This document shows, piece after piece, positions 30,990 to 41,522 of a stretch of DNA of 64,000 nucleotides. Under the pieces are notes generated by a model. It saw only the letters and a list, made by a program, of their open reading frames with translations, made no database searches and was not told where the DNA came from. This DNA is from Alphaproteobacteria bacterium (GTDB lineage Bacteria; Pseudomonadota; Alphaproteobacteria; Bin95). The position numbers were made by a program, and so were the translations under genes. The first letter of the stretch is position 1. Each line of letters opens with the position of its first letter. The stretch lies in assembly GCA_965205265.1 (NCBI GenBank), contig CBDBGH010000003.1, positions 5,024,001 through 5,088,000 on the forward strand, in the 5' to 3' direction.

Positions 30990-31864
30990 AGGAAGCTCGG
31001 CTGGGGTTGGCGTTCGGCGGCAAGCGGATTGAGCCACAGCACCTCGGTGCGTTCCAGGGCGCCGTCGGCGAGGCTGGCGCGCTCGACTTTCGTCCAGCCA
31101 CGCAGCTGCCGGTCGTAGAGCCGGGACGGGTAGGCCGAGAGAATGACCATGCCGTGCAGGCGCTTCAATGCGTTCAGGAGCGCGCGATGGTCGTCGGTAC
31201 TCATCTCGTGCGGGTAGGAATGGTAGCGTTCGCCCTTCTTTTTCTTCGTTGACCGGGTTCCGGGAAGGTAGGGCGGATCGCAGTAGAAAAGGGTTTCCTC
31301 CCCGTCGTGCATGGTCATGACCCTGATCGCGTCCCGTTTCTCGATCACGACCCCGCGAAGCCGTTCGGTGAAAGCGGGAAGGGCATCGGGATAATTCATC
31401 CAGTCGCGCGAGGCGGTCGTGCCGGACTGGTTCACGCGGGCGCGGAAACCCGTCCTGACGGCCCGGTTGTGCCCGTCGGACCCGAATCCCATGAGTGAGC
31501 GCACGACAAGGCGGCGGGCGGTCTCGTAGGGCTCGTCCGTCGGCTCGTAGGCCTCCTCGAACTCGGTGCGCGAGAAAGGCGTAAGCTCAAGAAGATTCCG
31601 AAACCGGGCGGCCTGAACAGGGTCCCGCAATATCCTGAAAAGCGCGACCGCCTCGTCGTCGAGATCGTTGTATATCTCCACGGGCGCGCGCGCCTTCCTG
31701 AGGAGGACGGATGCAGCGCCGCCGAAGCTCTCGACATAGCGCTTGTGCTCCGGGAAATGGGACACGATCCACGGCGCCAACAGCCACTTGCCGCCATGCC
31801 AGCGCAAGACCGGTCGCTTGGGAGGACAGGGAGGCGGCGCGGTAAGGAGATGGCCGTCATACAT
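30986..31864 (-). CDS. D12-class DNA adenine methyltransferase (orphan)
   Basis: LRWHGGKW, YVESFGGAASVL, YNDLD, FYCDPPY. Confidence 0.92.
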   Translation of the reverse strand: MYDGHLLTAPPPCPPKRPVLRWHGGKWLLAPWIVSHFPEHKRYVESFGGAASVLLRKARAPVEIYNDLDDEAVALFRILRDPVQAARFRNLLELTPFSRTEFEEAYEPTDEPYETARRLVVRSLMGFGSDGHNRAVRTGFRARVNQSGTTASRDWMNYPDALPAFTERLRGVVIEKRDAIRVMTMHDGEETLFYCDPPYLPGTRSTKKKKGERYHSYPHEMSTDDHRALLNALKRLHGMVILSAYPSRLYDRQLRGWTKVERASLADGALERTEVLWLNPLAAERQPQPSFL

Positions 31865-31898
31865 CTTCGGGGAAACCGTCTCTCCGCGGTGCCGGTGG

Positions 31899-32930
31899 CT
31901 ATCCGGGCCCGGGCGCATCGTCGAGGGCGGGCCCGGAGCCATTGTCCGGAAGGCGGACCGGACGGTCGGCCGCCCGGAATTGCACCGTCTGCCGGACGTC
32001 TTCGTTGACTTCGAGCAAGGCCCCTTCGCCTGCCGAAAAGACAATGCGGGCTTCGGCGTCGATGTCCTGGCTCCAGCGGGGGAAATGACAATCGACAACG
32101 CGCCGCGCGATTTGCTGGAGAGCGCGCCTGAATGTCATGTCATCCAGATCGCGCCGTTCCCCGAGAACCACGTCGAACATGCCCCGGACGGTTATGGCGT
32201 CAAGGTTGACCTCCGGGTCGGGGCCATCGGCGGCCGCAACCATTGCCATATTCCCGAGGTGGACCCTCTCACCCGGGTCGCGGCTTTCCAGGAAAACGGA
32301 GATGGTATGGATGCCGGCGTCCTGCATCGCCTCGGTAAGGCAGGCGAGATTGTGACGATGGCCCTCCTGCGCCAGACGCCGGTGAGCGGCCTCGCGGGGT
32401 TCGTTGCGAATTTCCTCGTCCGAAAGCGGGGCAAGCAGCGGGGTCTGTTTCCAGGCCTCGGACGTCCACTGGAGGTCGGCCCGTTGGAGCCGGATGTCCG
32501 CTTCGTTCGTGCGGACGGTGATTTCGGCCTCGCCGCCGAAGTCCTCGGACCAGCCGGAATACGATGCGTCGAGCACCTCGTCCAGAGTGTGTTGCAGCGC
32601 CTCCACGAAGCTGAGCGAGGACATGGGTAGCCGGGCCCACCGGCCCGACTGCCCGTGAACCAGTTGCTGGAGGCCCGACACGGTGATCTGTGGCGGCCGG
32701 TCCGTCAAAGGCTGGCCCGAGGCCGGAACATAACGGACCGGGCCGACGGTCACGTTGCCTTCGTGGCCGGAAATGCAGGCCTCGATCTCGGCTATGCCCG
32801 CAATCTGCATGAAGCTCGTCAGCACCGCGAGATTATGGCGGGCGATGACGGCGGGGAGATCGTCGTCGGTCGCGGGGCCCGGTGGAGTCCTGAAATAGTG
32901 GGCTTCGGAGATGCTGCGTTCGCTGGGCAT
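31899..32930 (-). CDS. Tandem-domain DUF6878-like paralog
   Basis: Two copies of HNLA.L...M..AGI..I...(Y/F)..WS(E/Q)D..(G/A)EA.I. Confidence 0.7.
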   Translation of the reverse strand: MPSERSISEAHYFRTPPGPATDDDLPAVIARHNLAVLTSFMQIAGIAEIEACISGHEGNVTVGPVRYVPASGQPLTDRPPQITVSGLQQLVHGQSGRWARLPMSSLSFVEALQHTLDEVLDASYSGWSEDFGGEAEITVRTNEADIRLQRADLQWTSEAWKQTPLLAPLSDEEIRNEPREAAHRRLAQEGHRHNLACLTEAMQDAGIHTISVFLESRDPGERVHLGNMAMVAAADGPDPEVNLDAITVRGMFDVVLGERRDLDDMTFRRALQQIARRVVDCHFPRWSQDIDAEARIVFSAGEGALLEVNEDVRQTVQFRAADRPVRLPDNGSGPALDDAPGPG

Positions 32931-32995
32931 GTCAGCGGTCCTCGGTCAGGGCGTCGGCGCGTCATGATGCGGCGAAGCCGTGAAATGCCGAAACC

Positions 32996-34027
32996 TCATG
33001 GGCCGTCCGGCCCGGCCGGTTCGCGGGCTCCGGAAGGGAAGGCCAGTTTGACGCCCAGCACCTCCGCCAGAGGGGCCAGGGTCCGGGAAAGGTCCGGACC
33101 CGGGCCTTCCGGACCGATCTGGCCGAGTATCTCCTCCGGAACGGCGACGACGGTCTGTCCGTCGGATCCGTCCTCCAAGCGGATGGCGTGGAGTCTGTCC
33201 TCGAGACCGGGCGAAAGCGCCGGAAGCGCGGCCCGGAATTCGTCGCGGATCCGGGCGCGCAGAAAGCCGTCGCGCCATTGAAGCATCCGGTCTTCCCCGT
33301 AGGTCCGGGACATGAAGTCCATGGCGTCGAGGGCCGCCTGTTGCGCCTCTGGCTCGCCGACCCGGATGGCCAGGTCGAGCAGCGAGAGCGGTGCGCGCTC
33401 CCGGATGACCTCGCGCACCGGTTCCAGCTTTTCCCAAACTTCCCGGGGCGCGCCCCCGTAGGGAACGCCGTCCCACACGAAGACCTCGTGCCAGATATCG
33501 CCGACCCCGACCCGGGGACGTTCGGTCGGCGGGAGCAGGATACAGTATTCGCCGGGCGCATCGACGGGCTCGAACCCGTCGATATTGCCGCGGTTCACGC
33601 CGGACAGGGCACAGACGGCCGTGAATGCCGGGATGCCGCCGTCCCCGAACAGCGGCACGGAAGGACCGTGCCCGGGTTCGTTCAAACAGCCGACCAGCGG
33701 CATGGTTTCGTCGAGCCAGGAACGCAGGCCCCTCACGGCCTCGCGGGACCGCCACAGGATATCGCCGACCGGGCCGTGCCAGTCGAGGTCCCGGCTTCCC
33801 GGGTCCAGGCCCGCCTCGGCGCCCTCGAGATCGCCGGCGGCGTCGAGAAGCCGGATGTTCTGGTCGCCGGTCCGGTCGACATAGTCGTCCATGACCCTGT
33901 TCAGCGCCCGGACGTCCTCGAGGCCTGTCTGCTGCGAGCGCCCGATCGTGCCGTGCAGGCACTCTTTCAGGCGTTCCGTAGGATCGGCGGCGGTCGAGGC
34001 GGCGGCTATCGTCGAGGCTCTGGCCAT
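32996..34027 (-). CDS. Hypothetical protein
   Basis: 343-aa acidic ORF with GGAG RBS, co-oriented with its neighbours. Confidence 0.7.
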   Translation of the reverse strand: MARASTIAAASTAADPTERLKECLHGTIGRSQQTGLEDVRALNRVMDDYVDRTGDQNIRLLDAAGDLEGAEAGLDPGSRDLDWHGPVGDILWRSREAVRGLRSWLDETMPLVGCLNEPGHGPSVPLFGDGGIPAFTAVCALSGVNRGNIDGFEPVDAPGEYCILLPPTERPRVGVGDIWHEVFVWDGVPYGGAPREVWEKLEPVREVIRERAPLSLLDLAIRVGEPEAQQAALDAMDFMSRTYGEDRMLQWRDGFLRARIRDEFRAALPALSPGLEDRLHAIRLEDGSDGQTVVAVPEEILGQIGPEGPGPDLSRTLAPLAEVLGVKLAFPSGAREPAGPDGP

Positions 34028-34114
34028 GCGGAGAGGCTCCTTCGGCAGGGCAAAAGTATATGCGTATTCGATTGTCCGGACAATCCGCTTGTTGCGGCTG
34101 TCGGAGTCGGGGCT

Positions 34115-35107
34115 CTAGAAGAACGGCGGTTCGTATTCTTCCTCGGGCAGCGGTTCGCCGGCGTCCAGGGAGCGCCAGATGTCTTCAGAGAACCGGCTGC
34201 GCGACGGGATGGAAAGGATAGCGGGCCGACGGTCGGCATCCTTTCCTACATAGACGCTGGTCGCGAGCCAGTCGCTTTCGGCTTCCGGGTCGTCGGTCTC
34301 TATCCACCACACCTTGCCGGCCGGCAGATGGTCCGGGCGCCAGTGATAGCCGCGGTCCTTCATGACCTCGCGCGCCTGGAACGGGGCGCCTTCCGCGCAG
34401 ACCAGCCAGCGCGGCGTCTTGGCGGCGGTGTACATCTCCGCGAACAGGGGATGGCCGTCCGGCGACCGCCGTGTCAGGAGTCCGAGGACCGCCCGGCAAT
34501 CCTCGAGGGCATCGTGCGGGTTGTAGAAGAACCCGAATTCGGTGGCCAGACTCTCGAGGCTGCGGGAATTGAAGCCGTGGTCCTGCCACGCGATATCCTC
34601 CAGCGAGCAGGCCCAGGAACGATTCCTGAAGACGGGCCAGTGTTTTTCGACCATGGGCCGGTCAAAGGAGGCGTGATGGGCGACAATGATGTCCGCCTGT
34701 TCGACCAGGGTCTGGACCTTGCGGGTGTTGACGCTCTTTCCCTGAAGCATTTCGGGGGTGATGCCATGAACCGCCTGGGCTGCCGGGTTCATTTCCACCT
34801 TGGGCTCGCGCAGGCCGACATAGGTCGATTTCTCGCCGGCCACGCAGAGGCGGCCGGTCGACGGCTCAAAGGAGAACGGCAGGAGCGCAAGCTGGATCAC
34901 CTCGTCATAGGACAGGTCGGTACCCGTGGTTTCGGTATCCACCACCAGGCCGATCGCCCGGGGGGCTCCGGTAGGCTCGTCGAGCTGCCTGGGAAGTTTC
35001 AGCCTGCGAAGCAATTTCCAGTCTTCGGGACCGGCTTCGGGGTCGGGGCGGATAACGGCGGTGTTCGGGATGGAAAAGATATTGTCGGGTTGCAGCTGTG
35101 CGCCCAT
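34115..35107 (-). CDS. DEDDh 3'-5' exonuclease (DnaQ/epsilon-like)
   Basis: VVDTETTG, VAHHASFDRP, HDALEDC. Confidence 0.9.
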   Translation of the reverse strand: MGAQLQPDNIFSIPNTAVIRPDPEAGPEDWKLLRRLKLPRQLDEPTGAPRAIGLVVDTETTGTDLSYDEVIQLALLPFSFEPSTGRLCVAGEKSTYVGLREPKVEMNPAAQAVHGITPEMLQGKSVNTRKVQTLVEQADIIVAHHASFDRPMVEKHWPVFRNRSWACSLEDIAWQDHGFNSRSLESLATEFGFFYNPHDALEDCRAVLGLLTRRSPDGHPLFAEMYTAAKTPRWLVCAEGAPFQAREVMKDRGYHWRPDHLPAGKVWWIETDDPEAESDWLATSVYVGKDADRRPAILSIPSRSRFSEDIWRSLDAGEPLPEEEYEPPFF

Positions 35108-35491
35108 TCGGTCCTCCGGATTCGGCGGGTCTTGGAGCGAAGCTAGGTCCGGGCGGTGAAAATTCAAAAAGCGAAGGGACGGTGCCGTCGGGCGGAGCTT
35201 GCACCGGAAAGTTTCGGGCTGCACATTATGCGCCCCTCGCTCGCGCCCCTGGGTGCGGGGCGGGGCCGTTGTTTGTCAGCGTCGATCAATCGCCCGAAGC
35301 TGCGGCCGCGAAGCGAGCGGTCTGGCGGCGCCGGAACCCCCGGGGCCGCTCGAAAGTGTTACGGGACAAGGCTTCCAGGTCCGAATTCCGTGTTTGCGCG
35401 CGTCCAGGAAATGCCAGGACGGGTCATATCCGGAGGACCGCTCGAAAACTGGCCGCCCGAGCCTTGTCAGGCAAGGCTTTTCGAGGCGGCT

Positions 35492-36261
35492 CTCTCCCCG
35501 GCGTGATCGCCGGGTTCCCATTGAAGTCGCGCGAATCGAGCCGGCAGACCCAGGCATTCGTGAAACTCTCCCCGGCGTGATCGCCGGGTTCCCATTGAAG
35601 TGAGACGAGATGAACAAGGCAGCCTGGGATCGTTACGCACTCTCCCCGGCGTGATCGCCGGGTTCCCCATTGAAGTGCATCCGATTGCGCCAAAGCTCCA
35701 GCGCTTCGGCTCCTCTCCCCGGCGTGCTCGCCGGGGCCCCACATTGAAGTTCGTAGTAACAGACGTTTTTCGGCGGGCCCTTGGTGACCTCTCCCCGGCG
35801 TGCTCGCCGGGGTCCCCATCATTGAAGAAGCCGTCAACAGGATGCCGACGATGACGAGCAGCGCCGTGCTCGCCCCGGCATGATCGCCGGGGCTACCATT
35901 GAAGCGGTCAAATATGCCACCGCATAGCGAGCCCAAGCAGCCCCCACGCCGGCCTGCGGGCCGGATGCATACATTGAAGCCTCGGCAAACGCGTTTCGGA
36001 GCCACCGAATGTTCGGAAGTTTGCCCGGCCTCCGGGCCGGACACATTGAAGCCCTCATATTTCCGCCGCGGCAAGGCCCTCCGGGCAGGGCACTCGCACA
36101 TTGAAGCCGCCCCGAATCCCGGCAAGCTATGGTTCAATCGAAGAGATCTCCCCGGCCTCTGGCCGGGCACACCACACCACACATTGAAGGTAGGCAACAC
36201 CAGGCTTGATTGCCCCCTGGTTTGCCGGCCCCGGCGAAACTGCCGGGGCTCGAATTGAAGC
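35492..36261 (+). CRISPR. Type I-G CRISPR array, 11 repeats / 10 spacers, progressively divergent repeats
   Basis: 36-bp repeat CTCTCCCCGGCGTGATCGCCGGGTTCCCATTGAAGT at 35492 and 35566; variants at about 35640, 35713, 35789, 35869, 35941, 36020, 36071, 36146 and 36224, all ending ATTGAAG. Confidence 0.95.
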
Positions 36262-36353
36262 AACTGCGCCGCCCGGCGACGGTCGGTTTATGGACGCGGC
36301 GCGCAATGTCGCGTATCTGCGCTGCGGTCTGCCCGTGGCCGGGAGATGCGTAC

Positions 36354-36767
36354 ATGCCGGAATTCTCATTCAGGCTTGAGGACTATGCGCATTTCATCCG
36401 TGCCAACGGATCGGACCGGGACGGGATCTACCGCAAACTGGTGCATGAGATTCCACGGTTCCTGATGGCTCTGCACCCCGACCGTAGAGCGGAGGTTCTG
36501 GCGTCGGCGCCGAGCCTGACAGCAACAGGCTGGGACGCCCTGCTTGCAGGAGTTGCCGAGCATCTTGCCGGCTTGCATGGCCTTCCGGTCCCGGAGTGGT
36601 GCAATGAGCCGGGACGGTTCATCGATCCGGTCTGGATCGTCTGTCCGGCGGTTGCCGAAAGGGCGCGTTTCGCGCCGCCGGCATTTCTGCGCCACGGTGC
36701 CCTGCCGGACCCGATGGATCTCGATGAAAGGGGGGGAGAGGCCGTCCCCTTCCGGCCCGAGCCCTGA
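36354..36767 (+). CDS. Hypothetical protein (TA-associated-like)
   Basis: P.LT..GWDALLAGVAEHLA...PEW....RF...W...PPAFLRHG. Confidence 0.65.
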   Translation: MPEFSFRLEDYAHFIRANGSDRDGIYRKLVHEIPRFLMALHPDRRAEVLASAPSLTATGWDALLAGVAEHLAGLHGLPVPEWCNEPGRFIDPVWIVCPAVAERARFAPPAFLRHGALPDPMDLDERGGEAVPFRPEP

Positions 36768-36791
36768 ACGGACTGCGCGCGCCCGGAACCG

Positions 36792-37532
36792 CTACGGGAT
36801 GACCTCCGCGTCCGCTTCGGGCGGTTCCGGTACCAGGAAGACCGGGAGCTCTCTGGCTATCGACTCAATGCGCCAGCCGAACTCGAATTTGGCAATATCC
36901 GGCGTGACGGTGATCGTGCCGGCGCTGCCCTCGCCGAGCTCCCAGCCTGGATAGTGTTCGTCGGCAACCTCGACGGCGAACGCCTCGCATATGTCGGTGA
37001 GGGTCTCCTTGCCCAGGGAGACCGGGCCCATGTCCGGCGGCGTCGTGGCCAGCAGGTCGCCAAAACCCCGATCTCCGTAACCGCTGACCTGAAGCCGGAT
37101 TTCCATGATGCCGTGCTTCTGCATCGCGTGACGGAGGAGGCCGAGAGGCTCCGCGGTTCCCGTGAGCAGAACGGGAGTCTCGGCGGTGTATTTTTCGTCG
37201 TTCCAGCCGATCTCGAGCCGGGCTTCGTCCGGGGTGACGGTGATCGCGCCGCTGCCGCCATCGCCCAGTTCCCATCCGGGATAGCAGTCGCTCGTTATGT
37301 CCGCCCCGAAATGCTGGCAGAAGTCCTCGAGCGTGCCGCCGTCGATCTCGATGGCCCCGGCCTCCGGGGGATCGATCGCCTCCAGCTCGGCGTGTCCCTG
37401 ATCGTTGTAGCCGTTCACCGCGATACGGACGGTGGCGATTCCATGGGCGCGCATGACGTTCTGGAGGTCGCCGAGGCCGGCCGCCTCGACGGGTTCAGGC
37501 GCTTGCGCCGAAGTGGATTCCTGATGTTCCAT
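36792..37532 (-). CDS. Tandem DUF6878-like protein
   Basis: Two copies of M..HGI..(V/I)...GY(N/G)D.G...YPGWELG.G..G.ITVTP. Confidence 0.8.
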   Translation of the reverse strand: MEHQESTSAQAPEPVEAAGLGDLQNVMRAHGIATVRIAVNGYNDQGHAELEAIDPPEAGAIEIDGGTLEDFCQHFGADITSDCYPGWELGDGGSGAITVTPDEARLEIGWNDEKYTAETPVLLTGTAEPLGLLRHAMQKHGIMEIRLQVSGYGDRGFGDLLATTPPDMGPVSLGKETLTDICEAFAVEVADEHYPGWELGEGSAGTITVTPDIAKFEFGWRIESIARELPVFLVPEPPEADAEVIP

Positions 37533-37541
37533 GATTCCCTC

Positions 37542-38253
37542 CTATGGCCCATGCTCCGCCCGGGGTTCACCCGGGCCGGACAGGAGCGGGATAATCCGGT
37601 AATCGATTTCCGGGCGGCGCCACGCGAACCGGAGCGCCGCCTCGTCCTGCGTGAGCAGGATTGTTCCCGTGCTCCCGGCCCCGTCCTTCCACCGGGGATA
37701 CAGGGTATCCAGGACGTCGGTCGACAGGCGCTCGACAAAGTCCTGGAACCGGGTGCCGGCGATGTCGCTGTCGGGCGGACGCGGCCAGGGTCCGTCCATG
37801 TCGTCGATCTCGGCATAGCCGTCGCCGCGTCGTCCGTGAAACGCCACTTCCATGCCGGAGATCGCGTTGAGCTGCATCCAGGAGTGCAGCCGCCCGAGAG
37901 CGCGGGCCGTACCGGCCGGCATGCGGGGATGGTCCCGAAGGCCGACGGACTCGATTGCCGCCGGCGCCATCCGGCGCTGTCCGAACTCGATAACCGCGCC
38001 GTCGGCAAGGACGGCAATGCGCCCGTGGCTGCCGTCATTGACCTCCCAGCCGGGAAAATCGGCCTCGATGACGTCCCGGATGACATCATCGGCGAAGGCG
38101 AGGGCAATCCGCTCGAGTTGCGGGTCATGGGTCCCGGAACCGGGCGCGGGCCTGACGACGGATACCTCGCCCTCGTCGCCATAGCCGTCGATCTCGATCT
38201 CCACGATTTCATCGCCGGTCTCGTGCATCCGGTCGCGGAGTGCCGCCAGCCGG
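37542..38253 (-). pseudogene. Tandem DUF6878-like gene, 3' part, interrupted by IS21 #2
   Basis: DGYGDEG...FPGWEVNDGSHG; joins in frame to 42340..42382. Confidence 0.82.
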
Positions 38254-38347
38254 TGTTAGCGACGGTTAGGAAGGGCGTTTATTTGCTGGCGCGGAACGGC
38301 CGGTTTGTGCGGCTTGCGAGCAGCGTCGCATGGGTTAGGTGTTGCGT

Positions 38348-39241
38348 TCATCTGATTGGGCGGTCATCGGTTTCGAGCGGCTCGCCGTCGCGGTCACGGA
38401 TGAGCATGTCGTTCCAGTCCTGGTTTTCGAGGGCCGGTCGCATTCGGACGATTCTTGTGTCGTTGTCTTGCATGCGGCGGGCGGCGTGATCGCCGTATCG
38501 TGTAGCGTCCCAGGCACAGAAGATACGGCGCGGGTTCCAGGCCTCGACCCATTTGGGGATTCTGGCCGTGATGGCGCCGGTGGAGACGACGGCGCATTTG
38601 CTGCGTTTTTCCGGGACGAGGTGGAGGGAGAGGATCGACAGGGCGTCGAGGGCGCTGCCGGTGAGGATGACGGTGCCGGGCCAGTCGGGCTCCCATGACA
38701 TCCAGAAGCCGCCGTCTGCGGCCGGCTCCTGCGCTGCGGGGAGGGTCTCTATGCCGACCACCTTGCTGGCGGCGTTTCGGCGGAGGAACACGGGATTGCC
38801 GCGCCGGTCGGCACGGATCAGGCCGAGGCCTCGGCATAGCTCGACGAGCGCGTCGGCGAGGCCGCGCTGCTCGATGAGGTATTGCCGCAGCGCCGGCCAG
38901 CGAGGGTCCTGGCACGAGGGCTCCGCCTCACAGCGACTGTTCGGGAGCCGTGAGTGGCGCGGCAGTTGGGCGAGGAAGTCGAGGGCTTCGGTCGTTGGGC
39001 ATCCGAGCGCATGAACCGCCAGCTGGATGGCCCCGGCGCCTCCCTCTCCGCGCAGATGGTCGTAGAACATGAAGCGGTTGATGGAGAGGACCGAACCGGC
39101 TCGTCTCCAGCGCGCGGCATCGGCGGGATCGCGGCGATAGCCGAGGGCGTGGACCACGTCTTCGAGGGGGCAGCTTCGCAGCCCCTCGGCCCGCAGGCGG
39201 CGATCCCATGGATGCAGATGCTGCACGGCTGGCTCAGGCAT
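38348..39241 (-). CDS. IS passenger: DUF3991/Toprim-like protein
   Basis: [38 protein letters not shown]...GD..A, QDWNDML. Confidence 0.7.
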   Translation of the reverse strand: MPEPAVQHLHPWDRRLRAEGLRSCPLEDVVHALGYRRDPADAARWRRAGSVLSINRFMFYDHLRGEGGAGAIQLAVHALGCPTTEALDFLAQLPRHSRLPNSRCEAEPSCQDPRWPALRQYLIEQRGLADALVELCRGLGLIRADRRGNPVFLRRNAASKVVGIETLPAAQEPAADGGFWMSWEPDWPGTVILTGSALDALSILSLHLVPEKRSKCAVVSTGAITARIPKWVEAWNPRRIFCAWDATRYGDHAARRMQDNDTRIVRMRPALENQDWNDMLIRDRDGEPLETDDRPIR

Positions 39242-40019
39242 CCCCCGTGTCTTGCGCCGTGCTCTTGCCCGCTCCTTTTGCCGATCGCCGCCGGCGGCGA
39301 TCGGCGCTGCGCTGCTTCTGGCGTTCCTCGGCCTCCTTGCGGCGGTATGAGTCGCCGTCGATGGCGAGGATCTCGGCATTGTGGACGAGCCGGTCGACAA
39401 GGGCCACGAGGCAGGCGGCGTTGGGGAAGGCCTCGCTCCACTCGGCGAAGGGGCGGTTTGTGGTGATGATGGTGGAGCGCTGCTGGCTGCGGCTTGAGAC
39501 GATATTGAACAGCAGGTCGGCATGACGGTTGGAGTAGGAGAGATATCCGACTTCGTCGATGACCAGGAGGTGCTGGCGGGCGTAGAAGCGCAGCCTGCGC
39601 TGGAGCATTGTGTCGGAGTCGATGGCGGCGAGCTCGCCGAGCAGGCTGGCGGCGGTTGCGAAGCGCACGGTGTGGCCTTCGAGGACGGCGCGGTGTGCGA
39701 TATTGGCGGCGATTGTGGACTTGCCGACGCCGTTGGGGCCGATGAGGACGACATTGGCGCCCTCGCGGAGGAAGTTGAGGGTCATGAGGTCCTCGACGGC
39801 CATGCGGTCGCATCGCCTTGGCCAGTCCCAGTCGAAGTCGGCGAGCGGCTTGAACTGTCCGAGGCGGGCGGCGGTGAGGCGTCGCCTGAGGCTTCGGCTT
39901 CGCCTCTCTTCCTCTTCCCATGCGATCAGGGGCGGGAGCCAGTCGCGCTCCGCAACCTCGCTCCAGTGGGCGAGGAGGCCGTGCAGTCCGAGCGCCGTGG
40001 CGCGGTCCTTGAGGGTCAT
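39234..40019 (-). CDS. istB: IS21 helper ATPase IstB
   Basis: [36 protein letters not shown]. Confidence 0.95.
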   Translation of the reverse strand: MTLKDRATALGLHGLLAHWSEVAERDWLPPLIAWEEEERRSRSLRRRLTAARLGQFKPLADFDWDWPRRCDRMAVEDLMTLNFLREGANVVLIGPNGVGKSTIAANIAHRAVLEGHTVRFATAASLLGELAAIDSDTMLQRRLRFYARQHLLVIDEVGYLSYSNRHADLLFNIVSSRSQQRSTIITTNRPFAEWSEAFPNAACLVALVDRLVHNAEILAIDGDSYRRKEAEERQKQRSADRRRRRSAKGAGKSTAQDTGDA

Positions 40020-41521
40020 TCTTCGCTGTCCTCCTCGTGGTGGCTTGCGAGCCCGTCGTATCCGCCGAGGTCGTGATCGCGGACCGCGATATCGCGCAGT
40101 CTTGGATCGCCGGGCAGGTCGATGGGGATGGGTGGTGGCTCGTTGCGCTGTTCGCGCCGCCGGTTCAGGCTGAAGCGCACCGCATTGGGATGGGGGACGC
40201 CGCGCTCAAGGGCTTCATCGATGGCGGCTTCGAGTTCGACGGCTCCGTAGTCGTCGAGCAGGCGCAGCAGGGAGGCGACGGTTGTGCCGATATTGCCGCC
40301 GCGCCTGGCGGTCTCGGCAAGCAGGCGCTCGCTGTCGGGGGCGGCCTGGAGAAGGCGGCTCTGCCCGCGCAGGCGGTGGGCGTGACGTTTGAGCCTGACC
40401 AGCTCCTCGATGTGCTCGGGGGTCTCGATGCGGGCCGCCTTGTCGAAGCTGCGCGGATGACGGGCGACGGTGTCGGCGCCGTCGAGGATGCGTACCTCCT
40501 CCAGTGTCGCGACCACGGTGAGGGTGCGCCGCGTATGGGTATGCGGGACGCTATAGTCATTGAGGTCGAACCTGGCGTAGGGGGTCTTGCCGATCCTGAC
40601 CTCGACCCTCTCGTCGACGGGGGGCCGGTCGTCGGGCAGCGCCATCAGGGAGCCGCGCTCGCGCTCGAAGGCCTCGCGCACGGTGAGGGAGCGGTCGTCC
40701 GGCCAGCGACGGTCGGCGGCGACGCCGTCGCACCAGGCGCGGGCCCGGGCGTTCAGGTCGTCGAGGTCGCGCCAGGCGCGGGCGGCGAAGAAGTTGTCGC
40801 GCACATAGCGTATGGCGCGCTCCACGCGCCCCTTCTCGTTGCCGCGCGCGACCGCGACCGGCTTGGGCAGGAAGCGGTAGCGGGCGGCGAAGTCGAGGAG
40901 CCGGGGGTTGAACCGGATGGCGTCGCCCTGGCGCTCCAGCACGACGCTCTTCAGGTTGTCGTACCATAGCTCGCGGGGCACGCCCTGCCAGGCCTCGAAG
41001 GCCTCGACATGGCCGCGCAGGAAGTTGTCCATCGCGGCATTGAGGTAGAAGTGCAGGAAGATGCGGCGCGAGTAGCTCAGCACCATCACGAAGCCCATCA
41101 GCGGGCGCTCCGCGCGCCCGATCCTCACCTTGCCGAAGTGGGCCCAGTCCACCTGGGCCAGCTCGCCGGGCAGGGTCTTGAGGCGCAGATAGGCCTCGGC
41201 CACAGGCCGCGGGCGCTCCGGCGCGATCATGCGCCGGAAGTGGCTCTGGCTGCCCCGGTAGCCGCGCTCGACCGCCATCTGGTAGAGCCGGCTGGCTGGC
41301 AGCCTGGGCCAGACCGCCAGGGTCTGGCGGATGAAGGGCCGGAACGGATCGATCATCGAAGCCCTGCGCCGCCTCTCACGCGCGGGCGCCCCGGCGGCCG
41401 CTACCGCGCGCTCGACCGTGCCGTGGTGGACGCCGAGCTGGCGCGCGATCGTGCCGATCCTCCACTTCTCGGCAAAATACAGCCGCTGGATCTCGGCACG
41501 GGTCTGCTTGTCGATCGCCAT
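40016..41521 (-). CDS. istA: IS21 transposase IstA
   Basis: PGELAQVDW, LWYDNLKS, NEKGRVER; start at MAIDKQ. Confidence 0.95.
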   Translation of the reverse strand: MAIDKQTRAEIQRLYFAEKWRIGTIARQLGVHHGTVERAVAAAGAPARERRRRASMIDPFRPFIRQTLAVWPRLPASRLYQMAVERGYRGSQSHFRRMIAPERPRPVAEAYLRLKTLPGELAQVDWAHFGKVRIGRAERPLMGFVMVLSYSRRIFLHFYLNAAMDNFLRGHVEAFEAWQGVPRELWYDNLKSVVLERQGDAIRFNPRLLDFAARYRFLPKPVAVARGNEKGRVERAIRYVRDNFFAARAWRDLDDLNARARAWCDGVAADRRWPDDRSLTVREAFERERGSLMALPDDRPPVDERVEVRIGKTPYARFDLNDYSVPHTHTRRTLTVVATLEEVRILDGADTVARHPRSFDKAARIETPEHIEELVRLKRHAHRLRGQSRLLQAAPDSERLLAETARRGGNIGTTVASLLRLLDDYGAVELEAAIDEALERGVPHPNAVRFSLNRRREQRNEPPPIPIDLPGDPRLRDIAVRDHDLGGYDGLASHHEEDSEE

Positions 41522-41522
41522 C

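Noticed and set aside
35528-36223. Full-length self-targeting by main-array spacers within the window
   Set aside because: None noticed by eye; not exhaustive, needs a computational scan
35424-36263. ORFs across the CRISPR array
   Set aside because: Translations of repeats and spacers
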